The notes beneath the pieces are model-generated. The model did not search any database, was not told the DNA's origin, and saw only the letters and a program-made list of their open reading frames with translations. Below, one piece after another: positions 1-16,621 of a stretch of 64,000 nt of DNA (within the stretch, counting starts at the first letter, position 1; every line of letters starts with the position of its first letter). The stretch spans positions 248,001-312,000 of the forward strand of contig JAAOMT010000031.1 of assembly GCA_016748015.1 (NCBI GenBank), read 5' to 3'. The position numbers and the translations under genes are program-made. Origin of the DNA: Geosiphon pyriformis uo1 (Eukaryota; Fungi; Glomeromycota).

Positions 1-171
1 TTGGATTTTAGTCTTTGAGTCGTTATAAGTGTGTAGTGTTGCCTTGTCTGGCCTGAGTGGCTAGCCATATGTAGTAAGTGTGTGAGCTGCATTTAGTCTG
101 GGCTTCTTAGTTTGGCTCTGTATATTAGACAGCAGTTGGACTTTACTCATAAAATACATAAAAAAAAAAAA
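1..171 (+). mobile_element. 3' end of a LINE (end of ORF2, 3' UTR, poly-A)
   Basis: ORF ends ...ISV* (TAG 34-36). The next ~125 nt align with 8005-8126, then a poly-A run at 160-171. Confidence 0.85.
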
Positions 172-3100
172 TTAATAACTATAATAATAAAAATAATCTT
201 AATTTGTTTTTAAAATTTGGTAAATTGTTGTTACAATAATTAAATTAATTTAAAAAATAAGTCACTAGTCCAAAAATTATTATGTACAATAACTAAAAAA
301 AAAGACAAAAAAACAATTTGCACTTATAATTTGTTTTTAAAAACTGTAAGCTATGAAATAAGTACTTTTTTTTTGGCAAAAAATAAGCCAGTTAAAGACA
401 ATTAGCATTTAAAATAGACTTTTTATAAATCTTTCTTAAAGCAAGAATAACAGTTTTAGTAATATTATATTTAAAAACAAAATGTTCAAAACATCTATAT
501 TTTTTACAATAAATTAAACTCAACCTAATTTAAAAAAGATTTACACTACTAAAAATTGATTTTATGTAAAAAACTGAATCCAAATTTTTTTTTAACATAA
601 AACTAATTACAACACATTAAATTTTATTGCCAATAATAAAAAAATAATTAATTATACAGGTTTTTTTACTAGTTTTTTTTACTAAAGCACTAAGATTATG
701 AACAGATATTTTTACAAACAAAATAAACAAAAATGCCTTAAATTAGTCCCTAAACATTTAGATATTATGATTATCTACAGTTTTAGTTACATATATCGAA
801 TTTTTAATAACTAAAAAAAACTATTTTGCTATTAGATTATTTGTTTAGCCTAATTTAGCAAATTTTATTATAGCTTTTTGTTATAGCCTAATTAGTTGTA
901 ATTAAATTGATGTTATTTGTTTATACTTAGCTATTACAATAATTATTATATTTTTAGGCATATATATAAAGATTTTATTAATAATCATAGTCTAATCTAA
1001 ACAAAATTTTTGTTTTTTAAGATTATTGTTTACAATAATACTATTTTTTTTAGCCAATGCTATAGATTTTTTCATGTTCTTTTTTAAAATAAATATAAAT
1101 TTAATAATTTTTTTAAATTTTAAAAAAATAGTGGTTTTTCCAAAACTATTAACTTTAGAGAAATTTTTTTTAATAGTCTGAGTTTTTATAATCTTAAAAT
1201 TAATTTATTTTTTGTTTAAAAATATATTGAAAAAAGATAGAAGAAATTTATTATTATTTTTCATATCAAAATAAAAAAAACTACAAAAAGAATCATAATT
1301 TAAACCAGTATTTACTTTTTTGGTTTTAAAAATAATAGCTGTCAAATTCAGAATTAGACTTGATTAAAAAATGTTTAATATTATCAAAAGAAAACTTTTT
1401 TTTTTGAAAAAAAAATCATTAAAGAAACTGTAAAAATCTTTTTTAGATGTTTTTTTTTTAAATATGTTACTGTTTAAAACTGCTTCTAAATTTACAATGA
1501 AAGAGTTATTTGCTTATAAAATATTGAAAAAAAAACAATAAAAAAAACAATAAACTTTTTTTAAAAAAATATGTTTTTTGAAAAATTTTAAACATAAAAA
1601 AAAAAGAAGTTTTTTTTAATTAATTTATACTATTTAATAAAATAAACAATATTTATGCTGGAAAAATTTTATAAATTACTATTTATTTTATTAAAATTTA
1701 TTTATTGTTAAAAAATGTTAATAATATTATTTTAATACTTTTAAACAATATTAAAACAATGATTTTTGATAATTATTGACAAAATATTAATTTTTATTTT
1801 TTTTATTGTATTTTATTTTGTATTACTAATTAATTAAAAAAATAATAAAATTATAACATTAAAAATAAACATAAATTAATTTATTAAATTGTTTATAAGA
1901 AAAATAATAAATGTTAGAATAAACTAATTATTATATTAAAAAAATTAAACATTAAATATTATTAACTATTATTAAAAATTTTTGTCTATTATATATTAAA
2001 ATTTTTAAATTAATTAACAAATTTAAAATATTAGTTTACAAATTTATACATTATAAAACTATTTGTAAAAATATAAATAAAAATAGTTAAAAAAAACAAT
2101 AATAATTAAATAATAAAATTTAATATTAACAAATTAATATTTAAAATGTTTAAAAACAATTACAAACTAGAATCAAAACTTAAAAAAACAAAAAAATATA
2201 TTTAAAACCAAATAATTTAAATTTTAATATTTAAAATAGTATTAATAATTAGAAGTTTTTTATTTAATATTTTTTTAATTATAATTTCCAGATTTTTATA
2301 AAAATAAAAATCACATATTTTAACTGATTAATAGAATTAAAATAATAAAAGATAAAACAAATATAACTATAAACTTGAAAAACCAATTTATAAATTTTAA
2401 AAATTATGTAATTAAAAAAAATTATCTAATTTAATCTTAAAAATATTATAAAAAACAAATTTTTTTTTGATTAACTATAAAAAAATCTAAAAACTATTTT
2501 TTTTTATCAATACAAATTAATAAATAAAAACAGTATTAAAAACAAAAAAATTTTTAAAATAAATAATAACATATTATTATAAATTAATAGACTTTAATTT
2601 ACTAAATATACTTAAAATTTTTAATATTATTAAAAATAGTACCAAAAAAATATTATAAAAAATAACAAAAAAAGCTAAAAAATTAGCAAATATTACAAAA
2701 AACTTTATAATCTTTAAAGTTAATAAAAAAAATTAATAAATTTAATTTATAAAATAATATTTAAAAAACTTAAAATATAAACTTTATATAAAAAAATCTA
2801 ATATTGTCTTTAATAATTAATTTAAATTCAAAAAAATCATGCAAAAATTAGAATATAATCTTAATATTTTATTAAATATTAAAATAAAAATTAATAATTT
2901 AAAAAATTTTAACAATTAGTAAATATTTTTTAAATATTATTTAATATAATATTATTAAAAAACAAAAAAAATTCAGTTTTTAATTAGTTTAATTTTTAAA
3001 ATTAAATAATTTAATAAGTTAATTGGCTAAAAATACATGCAAAAATATAATGTGTTTTGTTTTTAAAATTAGTAAAAATTAGTTAAAAACCAATATATTA

Positions 3101-3926
3101 GATAATATAAATTAATTTAAATCAAGATTAACTAATGTGTTTTTATTATTTTTATTTAAAATAAAAGATTTTTTTATTTATAATTACAATAAAACTAAAT
3201 ATTATCATTGGTATAAATAATATAAACTGGTAAAAAAATAAAAAAAAAACAGAAAAAACCAAAGTTTTATTTTTTATAAGAAAAAAAATTAAGTTTAAAA
3301 CAAAAAATTAATATTAAAAACACCAAAAAAAAGTTTAACACTTTAATAATATTTTTATCTATTATATTAAAGAATTAAAAAAGATCATTTTTTGGTTGTT
3401 TTAACTTTTTATTTAAGTAACAATAAAAAAAAACGAAAAAAATAACTTAATTACTAATTTTTTATTAAATATTTTAGAGCTTTTAGAAAAAAAGTGGTTT
3501 AAAATTAACGAAAAATTAATTAACTATTATTTTATTTAAAAAATATGATTTTATAGAATATTATTAAATAATTTTTATATTTATAAATATTTTATTAATA
3601 AAAATACTAATTGCTTTAGAAAATAAAAGAATTACAAATTTTTTACTTTTTGTTCTAATTATAATTATAAAAATATAAAAAAAAGCTTTATTGTAATTAT
3701 AAAAATAAGTTTTTATTTATTAATAATAAAAAAATGATTTATTATAAATAACAAAAATATAGAATTTTTTATTTAGCAATAATATTAACTTAATTATATT
3801 TTTTTTAAATTATTATAATACAAATTTTTTAATATTTTTTCTATTTTAACTAAAAGTTTTAAGCTAATTATATACAATAATAATATTAATAATTTTATTA
3901 TTATTGTTTTAACTATAAAATTGTTA
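172..3926. other. AT desert (~90% AT), probable hypermutated repeat relic
   Basis: Only 22 G/C in 1801-2100. No credible ORF. Sharp boundary with the LINE at ~3927. Confidence 0.65.
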
Positions 3927-6900
3927 ACGCAATAGTGGAATGCAGTGTTCTGGATGTTGGTGAATTCTTTGATACTAATCACTAATCTATTTTTGTATCA
4001 GTCAGTTTGGGTGGTTTGCTGAACACACATCTTTGTTCACTTCATAAACAAGCCAACAAGGACCATTGGAAGTATAACTTCAAAAATACTAATACTGCTT
4101 TATGGTTAAAATTCAGGGAGGTGATGGTGATAAACGCTGCTATATTTTCTGATGACTTTATGACTGCCAATGAGCTTTCGGATTTGGATTCTATGTGGGA
4201 TGTTATTCATAAGACAATGTGCTTTTTGGCAAATGAAGTTTTCAAAAAAAAATGGTTTAAGGAATATGATAGAGTTTTCACCAAGAGTTTATCCAAGTTT
4301 CACAAGCTGGAACTTCTGGTATTTAAATTAGTTAGGGCCTTCTGCTCAGTTAATAATGACAATTTTGTCTTATTGCTCAATACTTGGGAGGTACTCGATT
4401 CCGACAATGCAGTTGTGATTAGGTCTCTCTTTCTTTCTGATTCATTCTTTAATATCATTTATTCAGTTTTATCCAAAGTCAGGAAATCTTATCGTGCTTC
4501 AAAGTTGTTAGAATCTAAACGAGCCGAAGAATCTCAAATCAGATCTGCTATTGAGAAGAGGATGGAAAGCTTTGTGTGTAACAAGTGTCACACTATCCGA
4601 AGTGTTTTGAAAAGGCCTTTTCACAAGGTGGTCTTGGATCATTTGGTCATAGGTGATGAGCTAATTTTGGAACCAGACCCTGTTAAATCTAAAGTGGATA
4701 AAATTATGGAAGGTTGGACTCGAAAATGCAGTATGGTTCTTGATATTTCAGAAGACTGGTTTCGTCAATATCAGTCTTTAGACCATGTTTTTGATGGTGC
4801 TTTTTCTGATGTCATGGCCTGTGTGAGTTTTAATGAGCTGTTTGGTGTGGTTTCTAACCTGCCTGATGGCAAAGCTGCTGGTTTGTTAGGCATCTCCAAT
4901 GAACTTTGGAAACATTGTGACATTTCGGTTCTTGGTATGTTCTTGGTGCTTATTAACTTTTGTCTTTCTGGTGAATCTGTGCCTGGAGTCTAAAAGAAGG
5001 CTTGGGTTTCGATGATTCCCAAACCTTATAATTGGGAGAGCACACTCACAAACACTTGTCCTATTGCTTTAATTGAAACAACTTAGAAAATTCTGTCCAA
5101 AATTCTCTCTGATAGGATTTCTTTGGCTTGTAGCAAGTTTGATGTTTTTTATGGGGACAATTTTTCAGTGCTCAAGGGCACTACGACTCAGTTTCCCATT
5201 TTTGCAATTGGTTCGGTGGTTAAGGATACTTTTGAGAAAAACTGAGAGCTCTGGCTGGTTTTTTAAGACATGCGAAAGACATATAACTCAGTTGGTTGAG
5301 ATCATCTTAGGAAGAGTTTAATTAGAATCAAAATATATAGCAAGTTTATTCGGTTTTTTGGGGGTATTCATGGCGGTCATACCAACTGGGTAATGACCAA
5401 TTTTGGGTTGACAGATGGTTATTGTGTGCATAATGACTTGGACCAGGGAGAGGTGTTTTCATTTCTTCTTTGGCATATATTTTATTATCTTCTTTTGTGC
5501 AAAGTCAAGAGACAAGAAAGTGTGTGTGGTTACAGGCTGAATTCTTATTATGTTGTTAAGACAGGCCATGTGGAGTCTCAAGCTGGGTCAACATCTTTTT
5601 TTGCTGCTGGTGTTTTCATGGATGATACAATCTGGGTTGGTAGCAGTCAGGTTGCGACACAACACATTCTCAATATTGCCAGTGAGTTCTTTTGGATCAA
5701 TAACATTTCTATCAACAATGATAAAACAGTGGCCATTTCCATTAACTGCAGAGTTGTGAATTCTTCTTTATTAATTAGTGGTGCTCCTATTTTGATAACC
5801 AAAAAAGGAAAATCTTATCATTACTTAGGCATTTTTCTCTCGACTGAGGACTTGTTACAACCCAGTTTGGCCAAAGCTCATTTAGATGTCCGGTTTTTTG
5901 CCAATCTTGTGCTGAAGAAAGCTATCTCTAACAAACAGTTTTCATATCTGGTTTCAGCAGTTTTTTATCCTATTATCAGTTATAGAATTCAGTTTAGCTT
6001 TGTCCCTCTTAATGTTTGTAGTAAATGGGATGCCTTGATTTGCAAGAGTCTCAAATTCAAAGCTGGACTGCCCTGGGATTTCCCTAATGATGCACTCCAT
6101 CACCCATCCCTTTATGGTTTAAAAACTTTTGAACAAATTCAAGCTAAATGCAAGTCAGCATCTGTGATGTGTTTTGCCAATTCTGGTGAAATTTTGGGAT
6201 GTCTGTTTCTTCATAGGTCTCATGAATTACAGGTTTTAAGCTAGCATCCTATTCATCTTTTGGTGTTCTCGGCTCATCTGAAAATTAGCCTCACAAACAA
6301 TTTTTTGGTAGATGTTGTTCATATATTTAGAGATTGTGGTTTATCTTTAAGCAGTGCGGGACCCAGTGCATTCTAGTTTTGTGATGGTACTCCCATGTCT
6401 TTGGTGCTTGATGAGTTGAATTTTTCCAGGTGTTTTCCTTCACTTTGACAGTATGGTGTTGCCTTTGTGGAACAATTATGTGGCCGTGAGGGTGGTGTTT
6501 TTGAATGGGTAACCTTTAAGCGTTGGAAAAGGCTGGATCCACGTGGCCCCATTTCTGATTGGTTCGTCTTGTCTATTAAATTTCTGGGTAATATGGTAGT
6601 TTCTTCTATGCGAAATCTATTGATGGGGGGTGCTGATGTCTTTAATGTTTTGAATTTCATTGAGTTTGGTTTGTAATTGCTTATCTGGTCTGGGTGCTGG
6701 CTGCATCTTAGTGTATACAGACAGTTCTTTGTCTGGCTTGGAGTCTGTTAACATGAGGTCTGGTGTGGTGGTTTTCTTTGATAACATTAACATGGATATG
6801 GGAGTCAAGATTTCTGGTTTGATGTCATCTACACTAGCAGAATTGCAGATGATAGCACTTGCCCTCGAGTGTGTTCCAGTGTTTAGTAGTGTTAGTTTGT

Positions 6901-8004
6901 TCTTGGACAGTCAAGTGGTGTTGGATGCTTGCAGATCTGAATTAAGTGTGTCTCATCCAGATTTCTATAATCGCTGCTGGATAAAATGCTGTTATATTGC
7001 AAATTTTGTATGCTCGAAAAGACTGAAAATCACCTGGCATAAAGTTAAAAGCCATTCTGGTAATTTTGGCAATAACCATGCTGATGAGCTGGCTGGCCAT
7101 GCTGTTTTCTCTAATTTGATTCTTCCCTCTCCCCCCCCTCTGGTTGAATGAAAGATACATCTTGGCTGGTGGTGATATTGTTTCAGGTAATTCTAGACAT
7201 TTTGTTCACAATATTTTTTGTTCTATTCATTGTCTGCACTGGGAATATGGTTTAGGTACCACTGTTGTCACTCAAGATTTGTTGGTGGACATTGATTAAC
7301 GGAGATCTGCCTTTGTCTGGCATCCTGATTCGCATATGGCTGCTGGTTCTACTAGTAAACATACTGCTGGTATTTACACATATTTCATAAAAGCTTTACA
7401 TCGCAGGCTGCCTGTCGCTGTTCACAAACGCCTTTATAATAGAAGTTACCCAAGTGTGATCTGCTTATTTTGTGGCTGTGTGGAGGTTTCTGACCATGTC
7501 TTTTTCTGTGAAGCTGATGCTGCTATTCGTATTCGTCTTCTGGAGGATTATGCAACAATTTAGAAGAATATTTCTAGCCTTTGTCATTCCACTTTTAGTG
7601 TGTCACAATTTTTGTCCTCTTGTGTTTTGAATACTTTGTTCCATATTGCCTTGTGCAAAGAATTTGTTTTTAAGGAGTGGTTTCATGAAGCAGTCTCCGT
7701 GTTTGGTGATTTTAAGAATGCTGGTGTGAAGGTTGTGAACTTTGTGCGTGCTCTGTGTCTTGCTTTTAGGGATGAGATTTGGTCGGTCCATGCTAAGCAT
7801 CATGCCTTTATTGAAAAGCGTAATTTGATCCCTTATGACAGTTCTATGCCTGATTTTAAATCTGGCCTATCTTTTATTTACTCTGCTGGGGTTATCAAAT
7901 TGTTGGGTATTGATGTAGCCTTAGGTGTTAGTTTCGGTTTTTGTAGGTTTAGTTTGTTTATTTCTGATGCTTTTGATGTGGTTTCTATTAGTATAAGTGC
8001 TTAA
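3927..8004 (+). pseudogene. LINE ORF2 (APE tail-RT-RNase H-zf-RVT), disrupted by stops and frameshifts
   Basis: RT motifs MIPKP, PIALIET, DMRKTY, QGEVFS, FMDDTIW. RNase H motifs VYTDSS, LAELQ, FLDSQ, WHKVKSHSG..GNNHADELA. C-terminal CLFCGCVEVSDHVFFC. Confidence 0.92.
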
Positions 8005-8145
8005 TGTTGTCTTGATTGGCCTGAGTGGCTGGTCACATGTGGAAAATGCATGATTCGCACCTAATTTAGATCAATTATTTGATGTATTTCATTAGGTAGC
8101 ATTTGGATTTCACTCAATAAACGTAATAAAAAAAAAAAAAAAAAA
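3927..8145 (+). mobile_element. 5'-truncated non-LTR retrotransposon (LINE) with RT, RNase H and zinc-binding domain
   Basis: Starts near the last APE motif (FFDTNH ~ SDH). ORF2 remnants run to 8004, then 3' UTR and poly-A at 8128-8145. Confidence 0.93.
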
Positions 8146-9119
8146 TTTAAAAATTATTAATAATACAATTAATTTTAATTTCAATATTAAAAAATATTGT
8201 TATGTATAAATATTTAAAAATTTTTAATATTTAATGCACAGAATTATTTATTAACTTGATATTTTACACCTTAATTTTTTAAAAAAAGTGGATTTTTGGA
8301 TAACAACCATATTAAATAGTTTTTGTTTTCAAATATTGTCTTGTTTATAATTGTATTAATTTGGCATATTATAGCTTACAGTTTAATAATGATGTAACTA
8401 TTGTACTAGCCTTAATTTTTTCTGATACAATTAATCAAAGATATTGTGTAATATAAAGTCAGATATTAGAAATTTAAGTTTTGATTTCTGCTCTAAAGTT
8501 TTTAGTAAAAAACAATAATCATTTTCATTAGAGAAATTATAAACAATTTCGTTATTATTAGTAGAAATGAATTTGTTATCATGTAAATTACTTTTTACAT
8601 AATTATTTTGGTTTGTAACCTAAAGAAAAAAATAATAAATTTATTTAACCATAAGATGTGGATAAATTGATGGTTGGAATAAAATACGTTTCAATTTTTG
8701 CAGGACCTTCGCACTCAATTTTATTGCTCGATTTTTATTATTTAACAGTTCTGATATAGACTGCTTTGCAATTAAAGGTTTTAAAATCAGTTGGTTATAT
8801 AGCTGCTTGAAGCATAATTAAAAACCAATTATGCAATTCTTGGTCAAATATTTTGTTATTCCAATATTTATCTAACTCCACTTTTAAAATTATTAAATTA
8901 GATTTTAAATACTCGAAAATATTGCTTACCATTCTCGTGGCATAGATGTATTGTATTACAATTTAAAATGATTTGAAATCATATGACTCAATCCACTACC
9001 CTTGCTTTGGATTAGAGAATGAGCGGTAATGTTTAAATTGGGAAATTATAGTTAGTGATTTTCGCACAAACTTGATAATTTTATATAAATAGTAAAAGAA
9101 GCAACATAGACTTACCAAA

Positions 9120-11813
<2,694 letters not shown>

Positions 11814-12584
11814 TATTTCCGATTATTGTCACACAAACTTGAGATATACGCAACAAAATCAGAAAAAATCAACATAAAAGGCCACGAAAATTTGAGGTTT
11901 TCAGATTTTAGCAACTTTTTATTCAATAATGGGTTCATAATATTTTCAATCATCGTTTTCCCTTTTCAACTGTTTGGCACTAGTAATATTGTTGAAATTA
12001 ATATAGAATTATTATTATTATTATTATTATTTATTAAAAATAAAATATTTTATATATTTAATAAATGCCAAGTATTTTGTAAGAAAACTAATTTTTAATT
12101 TTTAAGACAATTAAAAAGCTTTTATTTCTTAGTTTGTAAATTTCATGTTCACAACTAAAAACTATTTTTTATAATACAGTCAGACCTCAATAAAAGAACC
12201 CTCGATAAAAGAACAACCTCTTACAAGAACATTTTTTTATAGAACCAATTGATTAATTAACAATTTTCCCTTTATATAAGAACAATCTATAAAGGAACAA
12301 GAACATAATTTTATCAAACATTTATTCGAAATTTACCTTCATATAAGAACAAATATCACGTGCTAGATGTTAATTGGTAATTGGGAAAAGAGTTAGAACG
12401 TATTGAATTGATTTCATCCTAACTTTCTTTTAAATCGATTTACATTGGACTTACTCTTTTTGATCTTGTCTGTTTTCACGTACAGCTACTTAGTTCCTAT
12501 TATATTCCAATTTAGGCTTGCTAAAACCAAATCTAATATTATCATTATAGGCATATTTTCTAACAGACTTGCTAAATTATCACA

Positions 12585-14260
12585 ATGTCAGAACCTTTAT
12601 TCAAAAAACAAAAACGAGCAGCAGTTAATGATGCTCTTCGTAAAGAAATTTGTCAATATTCCAAAAATCACTATGGCACGAAACATGATGATATTGTAGC
12701 TTACTTCAATCATAAATATCCAGAACTTCATATTTCTCGTCCAACTGTCTCCAAGATNNNNNNNNNNNNNNNNNNNNNNNNNNNNNNNNNNNNNNNNNNN
12801 NNNNNNNNNNNNNNNNNNNNNNNNNNNNNNNNNNNNNNNNNNNNNNNNNNNNNNNNNNNNNNNNNNNNNNNNNNNNNNNNNNNNNNNNNNNNNNNNNNNN
12901 NNNNNNNNNNNNNNNNNNNNNNNNNNNNNNNNNNNNNNNNNNNNNNNNNNNAAAAACGAAACCAGTTACGTGTTTACCGATTTCATGGTGAAGCAGGAAG
13001 TGTATCAACTGAAAGTTTACCAGAAGAACGAAGAAAATTAAAAACCATTATATCCGAATTTGATCCTGCTGACATATATAATGCTGATGAAACAGGATTA
13101 TTTTTTCGTATGGGACCAAATCAAACACTTGCAAAATGTCGAAATGCAGGAAAAAAATTGGTATATTATATTTACTAATTGTTATTGTTATATATTATTG
13201 TTATATTAAATTAATTGGGTTTTTTACAGGATAAATCTCAGATTACAATTCTTCTTGCTACAAATTCAACTAGATCTCACAAATTGCAGCATTTAGTAAT
13301 TGGACATGCAAAAAATCCAAGATGCTTTAAAGGAATTAATACTTCCAACCTACCTGTAATTTACAAATTCAATTCCAAAGCATGGATGCACTCAGATATA
13401 TGGAAAGCATGGCTCAAATATATAAATGAAGACTTTCGAATTCAAAATCGGCATATATTACTTTTGGCTGATAATGCAACTTCTCATCATACTCAAATCG
13501 GGGAAGATTCATTCCAATTAACCAATATTACTTTGCACTATTTTCCTCCAAATACAACATCACATCTTCAACCAATGGATGCTGGCATTATCAAATCTTT
13601 CAAAGGCAAATATAAGCATTTATATTGTCAACATATTTTACATCAATTTGAACAAAAAATTAATATTGAACAGTTAAGTAATATAATATATACAGTATTA
13701 TTATCGTTATATATTATATAATTTTATCTAATATTAATTTATTTTTTAGAAATAAATTAAACATAAAACAAGCAATTGATTATGTTGTTCAATCATGGTT
13801 TCAAGTAACACCTGTTACAATTCAAAACTGTTGGCAAAAAACGGATATTCTTTTCTATAATCAAGAATTAGAAATTCAAGAACCCGAAACATCAATTGCT
13901 ATGGATATATTCAACAATTTACCATCAAATGCACAACAATTGGTCAAAAATCTCGAAGATTATACTGTAGCAGTTGATGAATTATTGGCAACTGAAAATA
14001 TTCTTGATGATAATGAAATTGTAGATATGGTTTTAGCCGATGCTCAAATTGAAACCAATACAATTAATGACTCGGAAGAAGAATTAGAAGAATCTCCACC
14101 TGCTATTATTACAATTACAGAAGCATATGAAGCATTAAAAAAGGTAATTAGATTTGAAGAGCAATTAGCAGAAGAAAATTTTAGTATAGAAAACCAAAAT
14201 TTACTTAGAAAAAAATTATATGAATACGAAAAAATGAAGAAAATTCTAAAAAACTGGTAA
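12585..14260 (+). CDS. Tigger/CENP-B-like DDE transposase, 3 exons (introns 13161-13229 and 13673-13749)
   Basis: N-terminal HTH (ISRPTVSK), HGEAGSV, IYNADETGLF, LLADNATSH, PPNTTSHLQPMDAGII, W..VTPVTIQNCW. Splicing restores the frame. Part is hidden by the N gap. Confidence 0.85.
12758..12951. other. Assembly gap (N run)
   Basis: Run of n characters. Confidence 1.
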
Positions 14261-14421
14261 CAATTAATCAATATTTTAATAATAATAATAATAATAATTA
14301 ATTGATTTAATAAATAAATATAGTTTATTTGATAATAATTATAAAACTCTATAATAAAACACCTCTAAAATAGAACATAATTTGCATGTTTCAACTGTGT
14401 TTTTTTATAGGTTTGACTGTA

Positions 14422-16070
14422 TATTTAAGAAAACAATTAAACAAAATGTTATTTTAAAATATATATTTTTTATTTAAGCAATATTTTAAAAATATTTTAA
14501 TATTATTACAACTATTATTAAAAGTTTTGATCTTTTTAAAAACAAAATTACTATTTTTTGGTTGTTAATATTATTATTTTTTAAATAACCAAAAAATAAA
14601 TAATCAAATTTAATAATAAGTATTTTTTCTTTTGGCATTTTTTAAAACATTAATTTTGTGTTTTTTAATTTTATTATGCTTTTTTAAAACCAGTTTTTAT
14701 TTAATATGAATTTTTTTATTAATTTTAATAATAGCAACAAATTTTGATTTAGTTATAAATAACTGTATTTTTTAATTTAAACAATAAATATAATTTTTTT
14801 TTTTAATTTGTATTGTTAGAATTAATCCGAAAAGTATTTACTTATTCTTATAATTTATTGAATAAAAAAATGATTAAAAAGCACAATAATATTTGTTATT
14901 AATTCTAAAAATTACTAAATAAAACATAGAATAATAATAACAATATTATTTTATTAATAATTATAAATTAATTTTTTATTTTCAAATTTTCCAAAAAAGA
15001 TTAAACAATTGTGATTTTGAAACTAATTACATATATCAAATTTTTACAAATTTAATTTGTTTTTTTGATTAAATTTTTTTTTAATTATTATTATTATTCT
15101 TAATAGTTTTTTTTTTGCTATTTGTTAACTCATTATTCAAATTTGTAACATTATTATAAAGTTTCAAATAACTTTAAATTTTTTATTATTAAATGCTTTA
15201 CAAGTAAAGCCCAACTGAACTTTAAAACTATGCTTTAATTTTATATCATTTTATTAATTATAAAAAACAAATATTAAACTTTTTTAAAACTAATTTAATT
15301 AATTTTTTGTATAATTATAATATTTTTTAAATTAATAATATAATTGTTTAAATACATTTTTTATTTTTTATTTTTATTTTTAATTATTGTTAGAAATATA
15401 TTATTGTTATTTATAAGTTTAAAAATGTTTTTAATACTGTTATTATTAAAACTAATATTTTAAAAAGTTGTGTTTAATAGAAAATTTTTTAAGTATTAGT
15501 ATTATAATAAGTATTAATATTTAAATTATTTGGCTTTTAATTACAAAACTGTTTTTTTTTGATTTATTAAAGCTTTTTTTAAAGTTTTTGTTATATTTAA
15601 GATTTTTGTAAATTATTTTACCAGTTTAATGTTTATATTAAAGTTATTGCTTTATTAATAAAGTTTAATATTACAATTTATAATAACAAATTACTTTTAA
15701 ATTAAATTTTTTAAAAGCTTAATTGTTAAGTTGATTTAATTAGTGGAATTTGTAATTAAGTTTATTAATATCATAATAACATGATCTTTTTTTAATTAAT
15801 AAAAAGTTTATTTTTATAGTAAAAATTGAACAATATTGTTTTTATTTAGAAATTCAGATCAAGAACTTTGGCTAAAATTTTGGTTTTTGCAAAAAAGTTT
15901 TATTAATTTCAGAAATAAATTCGAAATTTTTTTTTAAGTAATAATTTTTTGGTTTATATAAAAGCTTTAAACCAAAAAATTAGCAAATTTATTAAGAGTA
16001 ATTTAAATTTATATTATATAATTAAAATATATATTAAGAATTTATTTATAATGTTTAACATAATATAAGT
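14422..16070. other. AT desert, probable hypermutated repeat relic
   Basis: Extreme AT content; residual G/C mostly in AC/GT dinucleotides. Confidence 0.6.
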
Positions 16071-16302
16071 CTAGATACCTGTTTACATATAGAAAGCATA
16101 ACTTATTCAGCAAAGTTATAATTAAAATCAAAGTAATTAAAGGATACAGATTAGCAAAGGCAGCTAGCAAATAGCGCTGTTAATTATGTAACCAGAGGAT
16201 TATATAATTACAACTGTCATAAATAAGTATTAGGAACTACACCAAAAGCATAAATAAAACTAAGCACGCAAAAATAAAGATGTGATACTTATTTACAATT
16301 TA

Positions 16303-16621
16303 TAGTAATACCTCCCCTAAGTGCACGCTCTATAAATGCATACTCTCTATATGCATGTCCCAAGTTAGGGACTTAGAGCTAAATGATTCCGAGTTCCAAA
16401 TAATAACCAATTAGAAGTTGCCAATTGTTTATTAGATAATGATAATTTGGCATTAGATTGGTTTAATTGGTTTAATGGCTAGTCACGTGTATAAAGTGCA
16501 CAGATTACATTAACTGTGAAACAATATCTATTTTATTATTGGCTATTCTTTAAATGCATACTCTCTCTAAGTGCATGAATATAGTCGGTCCCAAGAGCAT
16601 GCACTTATAGAGGTACCACTG
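16303..16621. mobile_element. pogo-like MITE (~320 bp)
   Basis: Left end TA|TAGTAATACCTCCCCTAAGTGCACGCTCT matches the reverse complement of the right end, CAGTGGTACCTCTATAAGTGCATGCTCT. TA flanks on both sides; internal TAAGTGCA/TAAATGCA repeats; no ORF. Confidence 0.8.

Larger units (their letters stand above)
12177..14419 (+). mobile_element. pogo/Tigger-family (Tc1-mariner superfamily) DNA transposon
   Basis: TA|CAGTCAGACCTC at left and AGGTTTGACTG|TA at right (imperfect TIRs, TA TSD). Subterminal AAGAAC repeats. Transposase inside. Confidence 0.92.

Noticed and set aside
172-3926. Classical CpA-directed RIP as the cause of the deserts
   Set aside because: CpA/TpG (aca, tgt) are among the best-surviving contexts; the bias depends on the 5' neighbour.
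3794-3982. 62-aa minus-strand ORF
   Set aside because: Straddles the desert/LINE boundary and is I/K/L/N-rich because of AT bias.
8005-8126. 3' UTR as an HDV-like or hammerhead ribozyme, or a tRNA-derived head (TGGCCTGAGTGG resembles an A box)
   Set aside because: No P3/P1.1 arrangement or CUGANGA...GAAA core found, and no B box or cloverleaf. Kept only as an unclassified structure.
3911-8160. TSD for the LINE (AACTATAAAATTGTTAA vs AATTTAAAAATTATTAA)
   Set aside because: Only 13/17 matches in ~90% AT sequence; not distinguishable from chance.
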